A DNA stretch of 64,000 nucleotides from Balanoglossus misakiensis (taxonomy: Eukaryota > Animalia > Hemichordata): NCBI GenBank assembly GCA_040954595.2, contig CM082577.2, forward strand, positions 8,519,846 through 8,583,845. Direction: 5' to 3'. The notes beneath the pieces were generated by a model, which made no database searches, was not told the origin of the DNA, and was given only the letters and a program-made list of their open reading frames with translations. Made by a program: the position numbers and the translations under genes. Positions 45,801 to 57,560 of the stretch are shown here, one piece after another (positions within the stretch are counted from its first letter, which is position 1; every line of letters begins with the position of its first letter).

Positions 45801-48800
45801 TTAAGTAACACCAAACTTGATATAAATTAATTAAAGCCAAACTCATCTTTCTTGTACAGTTTAGAAAGATAGTCTGGCTTTAGGACGTTGCCTCATCATA
45901 GTGGTCTATGCCTTTGGTAAACTGGTATGGAATTACCAAGTTTGCTGTATTTAAAACAAGTGCTGCATTTGTCATGACATAATAAAAGACTGTTATATCC
46001 TTGGACTTTTGTGAGTAATTTTTAAACATCGCACTACAACATTTGTTTAAAAAATTAAAACCCTGAAGTACATCACTTTTAAAATTTAAGGTCATAAAAT
46101 TAAATAAGATAGTGAGTAACAATTATGAACATGCAATAAAACAATACAACTTTGAAAAAAAACATGACAATGTCAACAGTTGTGTTTTTAGAAATATTTT
46201 CCAATGAGGTAGCGTAATGGGTGTTGAAAATATTACAATTCATTCATTCATTGGCTTCATTTTTGCAATTTTGAACAGCGCACTCTTTGTGAAGTTGGTG
46301 AGTAACCCAAAAATATCAACTGAGTGACAACCGGTATGCCCCTTTAATGCAAGAAGGGTAGCATAATTGCCCCTTTAAGCTCTCTGCGTCTTTCGCAAAT
46401 AACAAATATACGCAATGGAATGCTTTAAGTAATAAAAACAACAAAAGACCATGACAGATAATTATAAATCTGACAAATTGTACATCAGTATAGAAGTTTA
46501 GAAGTTGTCAAACATTTGATGGCAACAAACCACGAAAAAATAAAACTTTGTCAAAAGTACCAAACATTTACATATTGAGTTCACAGTAAGTGGAATAGGC
46601 CATTTACATTTGATACAGACAAACTGACATCTGTGTGCAGTGCATGCAAATTTGTGGAGTTTGTGATTTTAACCAAATAACTAGAGAGCACTGATTCAAA
46701 ACGGCAATCACGCATACACTTTTTTGTCCATTTTTAAGTATTTCTGGTGCAGCATTTCATAACGTCATTAAGCATGTATTGTGCAAGTTCAACTGCTTAT
46801 ATAATTCCATTTGGAGGCAAATATCCATGAAAAACTAGTCACATACTTCAAATTGTTTTCCAACAGTGTTTCTACACAGAACAGAGTGACCATAGACAAA
46901 GTTTTTTTTTTTTTTTTAGCTTCAGTGAGTTTTGGCACTGAATAATCAGTGCTTCCAGTCATATATACCAACATACAGAACATCACAACTCATTTAAAAT
47001 AAGCAGGTAAATTTGAGGACTACAATCACTTAAAAAATCTACATGAATTTTCCACGAAGCCTACTCGCATGGCTTTTTGATAAAATTTTATTCATCGACA
47101 GTCACATGTGCCCGAGGAATTTCTTCATGGTAAAACAATATCTTCAGTTCTGAACACACTACATGTACACAGATCTTAGGAGATGTGACACATCATGAAT
47201 GGAAACCACTTGCAAAAAAATTACCCAGAAAGATATTCAAACTGTCAAATCGCCTTTGATCCATGCCTTCAAAATTGACTTTCTACTGCAGGGTACAAAT
47301 TCCCAGTGCAGAGTCTTCCCCCTTGGGGTCAAAAGTCACCTGTGTGCATGGCTGATTCCGTTGAAGAGAAAAAAGCACCAATCCTCCAGGTGTTGCTATG
47401 CCCCAGGGAATAGGCACAGGAAAGACAAACACTCAATGTGCAGTCGCTGCGAACGGTATCAATACAAGTTGAAATCACACCACCATGGATGAGTACTTGC
47501 CGTTTTTCATTTTCTGGTGTCTGCTGTGCCGTGAAGCCAAAAAATACTCGGGCAGCGGAAGAAACTGTGATTGCGTTGGCATGGAGACAGCCTTATGCAA
47601 CTTCCACAATCAGGTAGCCCAGCAACAAATACTGCATCTTTGCAAACGTATCCATTCCTACATTTGACATTCACAGCACTGAGGGAAAGTCTTCAGTGTA
47701 CTGTCATCAACGTTGATTCCTTCATTGAACGGCTATTTTGACATTAATACTAATATTCTGATTAAGATAATTTGAATTGATATTTTACAGATTTTTACAC
47801 AATTATTTTCAACCGTACTACACTAAACATGACAGCCTTGTAATCATATGAATGATAACACTGCTCCACGATATTCTCTGCACTTTCACTATTTGTCAAC
47901 ACTGGTCAAAACTTAACACTGACAAAGACATGTGAATGGCGTGACAGCTCAACTACAATCTTATTCATTTCAACAGTTGTATGTACCAACAAGTATTAAA
48001 ATTATACATCTATTCTCAATTACATTGTGTACATTGTAAATGGAATAAAAATGCTTTTTGATTGTCTGCACACATCATGAATTAGCACCCCTGAATCCCT
48101 ATGGTACAACCCATCTGACCACACAAAAACGATTGGAATACAGTACTCTATATGAATTCTAGGGGTGGTCACAGCACAAGGAACATTAATGAGATGTACA
48201 TACCTGTGCAGCATACTAATGAATCACATTTCAAAAAATTACTACTGGTGTTTGTTTGCACACCTAAATTCAGCTGATGTCACTGTACACAAATATTGTC
48301 AACAAACATCCACAATATAAACAATGACACCTTTCGGTCATGCTGTACATGGACAGTCTCTTGACTGACACTAGATCTCAGCACCAATAAAAATTTTCAC
48401 GACAGACTTCAACAAATATCTGCTTTTCTGAATTTCTTCTGAAAAGCATCATTCATAAACAACTCTCTGTGGTAATAATTACACTGATCATTCCATTGAT
48501 CTAGTTCACACATATCAGATTACCTGTTATTTTTTTTTAACTTCTTGTCACAAAACATTTGAAAGTTAACATAACAGTAGTACTTTTACAGATTCAGATA
48601 ATCAACCAACATCACACTGAAACAGAAGGCATCTCCTGGACATACACCCCCGGCCACTTAACAGTGGGAATGTCTGGATTGCAAATGCCCAGGGTTAGCC
48701 ATTCCGATGACCACCACAGAAATATCTATAATTAGTAAATATATGCTTATAATTTATAAAATTATTTTCAATTTGGCAAAGCGCGGCTTAGATAGAATTA

Positions 48801-49840
48801 ATTGTTAAAAGTTAACACATCGACAAAGGGCAAAAAATAAGTCTTTGGTAAATTAACATAATATCATGTCACATGACAGTCATGTGGGCAACCATTGTTA
48901 CCTCATTTCTTTGACAACTACAGACATCTATGTAGACTGCAGCTTTAGAGCATTCAAACAAACAAAAACTAAAACAATCACATTTTGCAAGTTTCTGACA
49001 ACTTTAAGAAAGAAATTATTAAAATGTCAAATTGCTAAATGTAGAGATGCATGTATAAAATTAAAATGTGAAAAAGTACGAAAATTAAAAGTTTACAACA
49101 GATAAGTCTGAAATAATTGTCTCAAAAACTACCGGTACTCTCTTCAAAGAAACACCCCAATAGTTTTTAGTGAATCAGCCCAATTACACACAAAACAATG
49201 GTGGGTTATTCCAAAATGAGAGAAGCCAAGGGGTGTAGGATGGCTAAAGGCAGTGCTGGCAGGAATTCAAAGTACTCTTTACATGTTCTGTGTTTTTTAC
49301 AATGAAATGGATGAACGCGTGTGCATGCGGAATGTCAACATGCCCGTCACAAAATAATACATGACTATATGCAGTTCACAGTATACCTGTGGCTATTAGA
49401 GTTTTGTAGTTAGACTTAACGTTTATCGAAACTCCTTGAATTCTCTTCAAAATAAAGCAACAGACATGTGCAACTATCAGGTTATGTAACATGCATAAAA
49501 TGGCAAAAAAATAAATTTAGATGTTTCTGTAAAGACTGATAATATGCAACTTAGTTGTAAGCTTTTCATACAGCAGCAGCTATTTACATTTTACAATTAA
49601 AGGATAATTCCTGTTTCTATACCTCTTTTGCAGTTTTATTGACTCCACGAGTTATGTGATGTCCTGACCTCCCAAACAATCCTCAAGCTATCACACTTCA
49701 TGATTTGTAAGACAATATGGAGATACTGTTCTATTTTGAGGATAAAAGACATGCGTAATTACAGGCACTGAAAGATGATAACACAGCCCTACGATCCTGA
49801 AGTTCATTTTAATCCGACCTCTCTCCTGTGAATTGATATA

Positions 49841-50036
49841 CTGTAAATCACTTTTTTTTCGCGAGTCAAAATATTCGCGATATTGAGAGAGGCCACTGTT
49901 ACGCGAGTATTAATTTTCGCGTTTTCACACATTGTTCTTTCACAACTATATGTACGTGAGTCTTTATTTTCGCGTTTTTTTGGCTCTCGCATATTTAGCG
50001 TAAATTCAATGCTCGTGAAAATAAAGTGTTTTACAG
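49841..50036. mobile_element. Family B-related MITE
   Basis: TA|CTGTAAATCACTTT...AAAATAAAGTGTTTTACAG|TA. Its internal GAGGCCACTGTTACGCGAGTATTAATTTTC matches 20609-20820 in reverse. Confidence 0.8.
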
Positions 50037-50302
50037 TATATTATGGACGACAACTTGCAAGCAGCTGTCATTTCAAACTTTGGTGATTAACTCGTAGTCT
50101 GGGAAATATTTGAATTTTCCCTTACTCATACTGTGAGTGTGATGAAATACTAGCCCCTTCACCCTCCCCTATTACATGTAAAATGGGATGAACTACGTGA
50201 GGTCACTTGTTGATGAGATCATTCCATGCTGCATGAAAGCAGGGGAGGTCAAAGGGGGTTGCAATGAAAACGTACTGTATCCTGCTGAGTATGATGGCGA
50301 CT

Positions 50303-52204
50303 CTACTCTTCCGAGGAATCGCTGTCATCGCTGTCAGCAGGATACAGGTAGTTGATGTTGAGCCCCGCGATGACGAACCTCACGTCGACTCGTATGCTGT
50401 ACGGGAACGAGAACGAGTGACTGAGCGTCCACTTGTCGGTGTCCGTGTTGTACTGGTACAGCGAGAAGATGGCGTTGTCGTCGTCGTCTTCCTCGTCGTC
50501 TTCGTGCTTCACCAGCACGTGCAGCTTGGTGTCGATGACCATGACCTTGGGTCGGCAGGTGAAGTGGAGGAAGTCGCCGCTGCGGATGGGTATGGACGCC
50601 ACCCGGTGCCAGCGCTTGGCGTTGGGGTTGTACACCTGCACGGGGATGCCGCTGCGGGGTAGGTTGTAGCCGGCCACGAAGTACAGCTCGTCCTGAAACA
50701 CGGTGGCGCTGGGAACGAGGAGACAGCCACCGCTCGGCAGGCGGCTCGACCACGTGTTGGTCTCGGTGTCGAAGGACAGGAACATGTCCCCCTGGATCAT
50801 ATAGATGTGCGTGCCGTACACGATGGCACACAGGGGGCTCAACCCCGGCGGCATGGACGTCACGTACTTCCACTGATTCGTCTTCAGCTCGTAGCCTTCG
50901 ATGACGTCCAGGTGTTGCCCCCCTCTGCCCATTCCGCCGATGGCGTACACGTGCGTGTCCGTGGCCGCCAGGTGGAGGTCGAACCGTTCCGTCAGCATGG
51001 GTGCCCGCTTGTGCCACCGGTCGTGCGTGTGCTCGTAGATGTAGACATCCCGCTGCGGTCGCAGGCCTAAGTCCTGCGTGGTGTCGTAAGAATCCTCGCT
51101 TCCCGAATGATCGTCGACTAGACAACCGCCGGCAACTATGACATCGTTCAGCCTGGTCACAGTAACGCCGTAGTCCCACAGTCCTCTTGGCGGGGCTGCC
51201 ATGGTGAAGATCTCGTTCGACTTGATGCTGAAGCAGGGAACCCGATGGACTTCGTCCGGGTCGAAGCTTGGGCTGGACCCGAAACAGACGATCATGCTGC
51301 ACTCGCCCATTCCCAGCCGCGGTTTCACACTTCGCGGCAGCCCGACCTCACTCAGTCTCGCCAAGTACTGACAGCACTCCGGCGACCGTTGGATCAGTTC
51401 GTGTTGTCGCAGACTGTGCACCACGGTGGAGTCCACCATCAGTGAAAAACGGACCTGCCGGATAATTTCCGGGAGGAACTTGATCCGGCCGTTCGGCTCG
51501 CAGTCCAGCCATCTCTTTGCAGCATCGAAGACCTGTTCCTCTCTCTGCACATTCAGATTGTCACTGGCCAGAATGCACACCAGCTCAGACCCGTGCAGAT
51601 CCATGAAATCTTCCGTCTTGGACAACGATTGGAAATTCTGTTCTATAAGCTCTTTGGCACCGCGCTTCAACCACTGGGAGTTGTATGAGCAGGCAAAACT
51701 GAACAGGGACACGCAGTTATTGATGTCCACATGGGCAGACATGAACTGAGCACACGTTTCTTGGATAAACTGGATCTGGAACATGCTCGCTGCTACAAAC
51801 AAGTTCTGCACTGTTTCCATGCTCAGGTCCAGCTTTGATGTGTAAGCATAGTTCAAAATCTGACTTACGGAGTCCGCATCTACGTCGTGGAGGGTGATCT
51901 CTCGACGCTTGCACTCTTCCATTCCACTCGTAAACATCGCCCTGAAGTACGGGCTGCACGCCGACAACACCATGCGGTGACAGCGGAACTGCTGGTCGTC
52001 AACTTTGATGACAACGTCGACCAGTTGTTCGCAATCAAGCATCGCTTTCAGCTGGTCCAGTACACTTTTTGCGTGCCACGGGTTTTCTCGCTTACTGGCG
52101 ATGAAGAAACCCGATGGGCCCGGGGGTGCAGTCCCGACGCGAGTACCGCTGGTGTTCGCAGTGGCAGCGGGGTTCTGTGCTGGCAAAGGCGCTGCTTTAG
52201 CCAT
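50303..52204 (-). CDS. BTB-BACK-Kelch CUL3 adaptor, KBTBD8/KBTBD2/6/7-like (633 aa, intronless CDS)
   Basis: A single long ORF encodes a BTB domain (HAKSVLDQLKAM...CHRMVLSACSPYFRAMFTSGM), a BACK domain (LASDNLNVQREEQVFDAAKRWL), the PRLGM linker and Kelch repeats (NDVIVAGG, VYAIGG, LYQYNTDTDKW). From recall these are closest to the KBTBD2/8 group. Confidence 0.9.
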   Translation of the reverse strand: MAKAAPLPAQNPAATANTSGTRVGTAPPGPSGFFIASKRENPWHAKSVLDQLKAMLDCEQLVDVVIKVDDQQFRCHRMVLSACSPYFRAMFTSGMEECKRREITLHDVDADSVSQILNYAYTSKLDLSMETVQNLFVAASMFQIQFIQETCAQFMSAHVDINNCVSLFSFACSYNSQWLKRGAKELIEQNFQSLSKTEDFMDLHGSELVCILASDNLNVQREEQVFDAAKRWLDCEPNGRIKFLPEIIRQVRFSLMVDSTVVHSLRQHELIQRSPECCQYLARLSEVGLPRSVKPRLGMGECSMIVCFGSSPSFDPDEVHRVPCFSIKSNEIFTMAAPPRGLWDYGVTVTRLNDVIVAGGCLVDDHSGSEDSYDTTQDLGLRPQRDVYIYEHTHDRWHKRAPMLTERFDLHLAATDTHVYAIGGMGRGGQHLDVIEGYELKTNQWKYVTSMPPGLSPLCAIVYGTHIYMIQGDMFLSFDTETNTWSSRLPSGGCLLVPSATVFQDELYFVAGYNLPRSGIPVQVYNPNAKRWHRVASIPIRSGDFLHFTCRPKVMVIDTKLHVLVKHEDDEEDDDDNAIFSLYQYNTDTDKWTLSHSFSFPYSIRVDVRFVIAGLNINYLYPADSDDSDSSEE

Positions 52205-53479
52205 CGTCCTCGGTCGGCCTAGTACTTGTGATCACTGGACGTACGTACGTATTATTTTCAAGCGGGTCAGTTGTCGTTGACGACCCCGGAAAGCTACGCT
52301 CATTTGAAAAGATAAACCGCACAAATAATTTCCCCCTTGTGTCTCTCGATCGGACGGATGGCTGCGTCCATTAACTGTACCCAATGCTTTGTCCGTGCAA
52401 CTACCAACTGCTAGCTATAAACAGCTGTAAATTTCAGTTAAATCATTACCAACTCACACACCTTCGAGCCGAGGATCAGCCTTCACACAGCCACCGCCAT
52501 ATTGATAACAATACCCTTTAAGTAACTGTTATTTTCTACTCGCGTACCTAACTTACTCGCAATTTACCCTTGCTTGTTCATAATCAACTTTACGCCTCAG
52601 TTTTCTTGCCACTTTAAAAAATCATATTAATTAATCATTTGACTCTCCCAAAACGTCATTTTCCAGACTATCTTCTCCTTCAATATGAATCAAAACGATA
52701 CTTATTTATGTTCATACTCTTTTTTTATTGTACATTTTATAGGAAATTTATGACAATATCTGGGATAGAAAATGATCAAATTGTCCAAACAAACCATTGA
52801 TAAATGACAGTTTCATCGTCCAGTGGTGCTACCTATTTTCAACATAAAACACAGAACATAATAAATGAAAAGCAAAGAAAAAGAAGCAAATAATTAATAC
52901 AAAGCAAACAAACTAAAACACAAGCAACCCTGTTGTATGATGAGAAACAAGGTGGTATATAAGAGATTTTTGTTTCATGATCTAATACATTATGTTATTT
53001 TTGGTGGAAGCTAGTTTTCAATACTTTTGAGGTAACAAAATCCAAAAAGTTCCGTATATTCATGATATTATGTGGTCGTAGTCAAGACTGAGTGAATGAA
53101 TAATGTAGAGCGCCCTCGAGTGGCAAGTTCCTACCATCTTTCCCGTAGTAGTAGTTTCACAGCATGATTGAGTTTTCTTGACAAGTCTTATACTTTTGTT
53201 TGTAAATTGCTTTTGCACATATCCCTACTAATATCACAAGAGAAGGTATAGTATTTTGTCTCAAATCATTTTGAAAAACTTTTATTTGCAGAAATATACA
53301 TTTCTTTTAACAGCTGGACTGTTTGTTAATTATCAACCACTGATTCAGAGAAAAAGAGACCATGATTCAACACAACAGAGCATGTTTGAGTTTCACTGTG
53401 GTTTGAACTCCATAAGTCCAGCTCTTACACATGGTCACGTCTTGTAACCACACATGCTGGTCCATGTCTTCTGATGACC

Positions 53480-53593
53480 ATGTGGTGGTACGTTATTTTA
53501 TGTGGTCACCCATGTGAAAAATTGTGATTGGCTAGCTCGCAACTTTCCTTGGTAGCTGTGGTCAAACTCGCACAGGTGACTGTATACCTTTAA
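53480..53593. mobile_element. Right-end fragment of family C (Kolobok-like) MITE
   Basis: TGTGATTGGCTAG...AGGTGACTGTATACCT|TTAA matches the right end of 34010-34200. Confidence 0.65.
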
Positions 53594-55298
53594 CTGCTAG
53601 TAAGGGGTTACAGCATTACAGTGATGGCAATTATGGGACTGCTGTTTCATACACACACAAACAAAATCCACCTTGCGAATCAAATGGTGTCTCACTAGAA
53701 TTGCCTGCCATACTGAGATATATCACATGTTAAAAACTGCTTGAATGTATGAAATATCTATCTCTACAAATTGACATCCAATCTCCGCTCGATATCAATC
53801 ACTTTCCGCTTTTTACAAATATCTATTTTTTTCTATTTTTGTAATGAACAATTTCATAAGTGCACTGTACACAAGAGTATAAAAAGTTTAGTGATATCAA
53901 CCACAGAATTTGGCTAATTTTAGGTGACAACTGAAGACTTAAAGAACTAAATGAAAAAAGAACTTTTCTGTACATTACAAAGAATTATGAATTTGATGAT
54001 GTCAATATTAAATACAGTTCTTTTTTTCAACTTCAATTATGAAATGGAAATGCTCTGCTGTAGCATTTTAACATAGAAATCACACGAAATAAACAACATA
54101 CATTTTTACGTATAAATACACCTTCATTTTATCTGTGATAATGAAGAAATTTACAATTGCAAAAATACTTTGAGAAACTATCAAATTTCCAGATAGTTCT
54201 TTGACCTCTATAAATACGCTTTTTCTCTCATTTACAATTGACAAAAACTCTGAAGTTCTACTGATGAAATCCACGAACATCCTAAAATGACATTTATAAA
54301 TACAAACGCAACACAGAGATGAACAAAGGAAACTTTTTTTTCCGTTGAAACTGGTTCAGTGGTACTCTTTCTGCTGGTAGCATTTTCACTTCAATTCTTC
54401 TTGAGCTAATTTAGCCACGAATATCTACAGCATTTCAAAATACAGGTCAAAGGTCACAAATATATATATAAACACAGAATACCAGCCTATGTGGAAAATA
54501 GGATTCAAACAGAACAAAACAGCGGTAAAAGGCAAGCTGTGAAAATTAACGTTAAAAGAGATTGTGATGAAGACATTTTTTGTATCGTTGAAATAGAATA
54601 TACACAGTTCAACAAGTCTTTACATAACCCTCACATTCACCAAAGAACTAAAATCTTGTTTTCCAACATTACTGTTCATAAAGAATTGACTGTACGCAAC
54701 CCTTGCAAACTGAATCTCTTTGTAACTTTACGACAACTTTCATTTCATTAATTTTTTTTGTTAATTAGAAGAATTTCACTGCCCAGTACTTTGGAATTCA
54801 CATTGATTGTTGTAGTGCTATTAAACACTGTCAGTTAACTGTGTTTCTTTTTGTTAGTGCCAATAGATTTTGCATCCGGAATACAAATACATGTGCAGGC
54901 ATGTGAATGCCAATCGCTGACAGATTAATTAAACTTTCATCTCAGCAAAATAAATTACTTTCTCTGCAGTGACTAAAATTGCACAAAACTCAAGTAAAAT
55001 GTCTTCTTACAAAAAAAGACGAAAGAAACAAGTTTGTGACAGAGAAATATAAACTTGCACGAGTTGCAAATGACAGCTGACAAGTATTCCTTGTTGATTG
55101 TTTTTGCGCTCCTGCAGACCTTGTCTACATCACTGCAATGTCATCTTGAACATAATAAAACGAAAGAAAAAGAATTGTTCAATCTTCAGTCTCCAGATCA
55201 AACACGGAAGACAGGTATTATTTTGAAAATTCATTTGATTCTAGTCCTCAACTTAGTGAGCATTTCATGCCTGTGGATTTGAGGTCAGCACAGCTGTT

Positions 55299-57255
55299 TT
55301 ATCGGAACTCGTAGATGGGGATGCTGTGTTCGGGTACGTGCGTGAGGTTAAGTGATTGAAACCTGCAAAGAGAAAGACGGAGGTTGGTCAGTTTGTGAAG
55401 TAGCAATGTTTCTAGTTGTGATGTCATCTAACGCTTTTATAGACTTGATTGCTCATCTACGTTTGTCACTGAAAGAGAGCAATACTAAAACTTATGCTGT
55501 CATTATCTATCTAAAATTACAATAATACCTACCATTCTGAACTCCGATGATAGTAGTATCCTTCTATGCTTGCTGTAGATTTTGTAAAACAAATGTAATA
55601 AAACCCTGCAAATGAGGCACCATTTATGTCTTTGATCGTGTGGTCGGGTACAAGAAAATGTTCCTGTGGGACAAAAGAATACATTTTTATCTTTCTATAT
55701 ACATGTACCGTACCTGTTTTCTTTTGCATGTAATCAGTATGTATTTTTGGGGTACATCATAAAGAAAGAGTGGACAGTCATCTGTGTTGTTAATCTTAGA
55801 CATGTCAGACAGTGCTGCAATCCAGCACCTGGATAACCTTTCTGACCACAGCAATAAAACAGGTAAACACCTGATCACTTCATCATAAAAAGTCTACGCA
55901 AACAATGCAAATTTGTTGACATCTGATCAAAGTACATTTCAAATTGCATAGTACCATGCCAAACTTTTTTTCTTTTATGTTAATCTGAATCCAACCGATA
56001 AGTGAAAATGTCTTAAAAAGAAAAGTGTTGCTGAACTTACTTTCCATCTCATAAACACAAAATCTGTATTTTTCAATTCTTCGTAATCAAATGTGTCCAT
56101 GTTGAAAGTTTTGGCATATTGATAAAAAGATAAAAATTTTCCCTGTGTGAAAGAAAACCGTGCAAAGGTTGAGTGACATACCAGATTACCCTATTAGATG
56201 TTCATATTCTTAATACATGTAATTCACGTCACGTTACAGTTGGGACAAATGTACATGTACTTTGTGGAGGAGGATATGCCAGTATGAGAAAGTTCAAATT
56301 GTAAAGTCTATGTTGTATTTCCACAATCAAATGTTCGAAAAAGTTTCCTCTGTCTGAAATCTTGCTTAACTAATCCTAGTCAAGTAACTTCACTTACATT
56401 TTTGTCACAAACATTGGGCTCAAGAATTTACAGATAAATACTCTTGGCAGGGTAGACCACTGCCAGTGTCTGCAGTCTATACTTACCCAGTGTTTTCTGT
56501 CTACCTCTTCATCAGCTTCCCACTTCCTTGTAAGAAAGGGATACCTCTGACTGATGATTTCCCCATCAAAGAAAGTGGTCAGAGTTGGGTACTCCTCCGT
56601 CAGACCTTTGATTCTTAGATATCCACACAAGAAACTATTGGCCTCATCGACATGCTGCAAGGTGGAAAACATGTAAACATCAATATTATTCATCTCTCTT
56701 GGTAAGGGGTCACTGAGCAAAATTTTCACTTCACTATAAAATATGTAAACAGTAACAAATTTATTTTGTTATTTTCTGCAATTAACTGCCAGTTACAACA
56801 ATATATACATATTGTATTTCATTAATATCATTTTCCCCCCTGTCCAGTTTCATCCAATGATCCAATGGCAATGTATTTGCCAGTGACCTATCTCGGACCT
56901 GTGGTTGAAAGAAGTTACAAGGAAAACATATTGCATGTTTACTACATAAACTAGGTGTATATAATGGTTCGGTTTAATAGCGCCTGCACTTGCATTGTCT
57001 GAAAAAAAATAACACAGGAGAGGGTAAAAGTTTCTGCGTTTACGCAGTTACGCATATTTGACACGTACAACGTACAGTGTACCACAGTGTATGTGATATA
57101 CACATTACCTGAAGCTCTACTTCAACGTCGTAACAGTTGCCTTTACTTTTCTGGTAACCCTGAAATCTTGATCCGCTATAAAGGAGAGACCTAGTGATTC
57201 CCGGCTGTTTCGAGTTAGCCGGAGGAGGAGGTACCAAAGCGACTTTGCCTGGCAT
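55299..57255 (-). CDS. GID4: GID/CTLH E3 ligase substrate receptor (Pro/N-recognin), 203 aa, 5 exons
   Basis: Exons: 57255-57109, 56654-56487, 56142-56041, 55663-55533, 55362-55299. Motifs include [81 protein letters not shown] and the C-terminal IYEFR*. Confidence 0.96.
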
Positions 57256-57560
57256 TTTGAATTAGTTTTACCACAGCGTCAGCCGAAAGGGCTTTCCCGA
57301 AATGCCAAAGATGGCGTTGAGAAAGACTACTTTGCTGCTGACTGAAAAACGGATCGACTTTGCAACATTGGTTCTGATTAGACTAGCTCATTGAACCGGC
57401 GAAACGAAACCCAATCAGAGTGCCTGTTTTATAGCACTTGACCACTCTGTGTATATATTCGCAAAGTTAGGGGATCTGTCTACGCACATGGACCGGCGGT
57501 CGTGTTAGAGGAAAAACACAGAGACTGGTTTGATTAGTAAAGTAGAATTTACTATCGAAT
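57256..57560. promoter_or_regulatory. Bidirectional promoter shared by GID4 and ATPAF2
   Basis: The head-to-head start codons are only 305 bp apart. The region is CpG-containing, with a YY1-like AAGATGGCG (~57308), ATTGG (~57367) and CCAATCAG (~57412). Confidence 0.75.

Noticed and set aside
45178-45804. Two mirror ORFs (72 aa and 102 aa) with near-identical peptides
   Set aside because: They are an artefact of the inverted repeat arms and have no transposase or other motifs.
50334-51302. 322-aa alternative-frame ORF within the Kelch CDS
   Set aside because: It is Arg/His/Gly-rich, low-information sequence expected from a GC-rich shifted frame, with no independent evidence.
53428-53484. 10-bp inverted repeat CACATGGTCA...TGACCATGTG as a possible pre-miRNA
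   Set aside because: The stem is too short and interrupted, and it abuts a MITE fragment.
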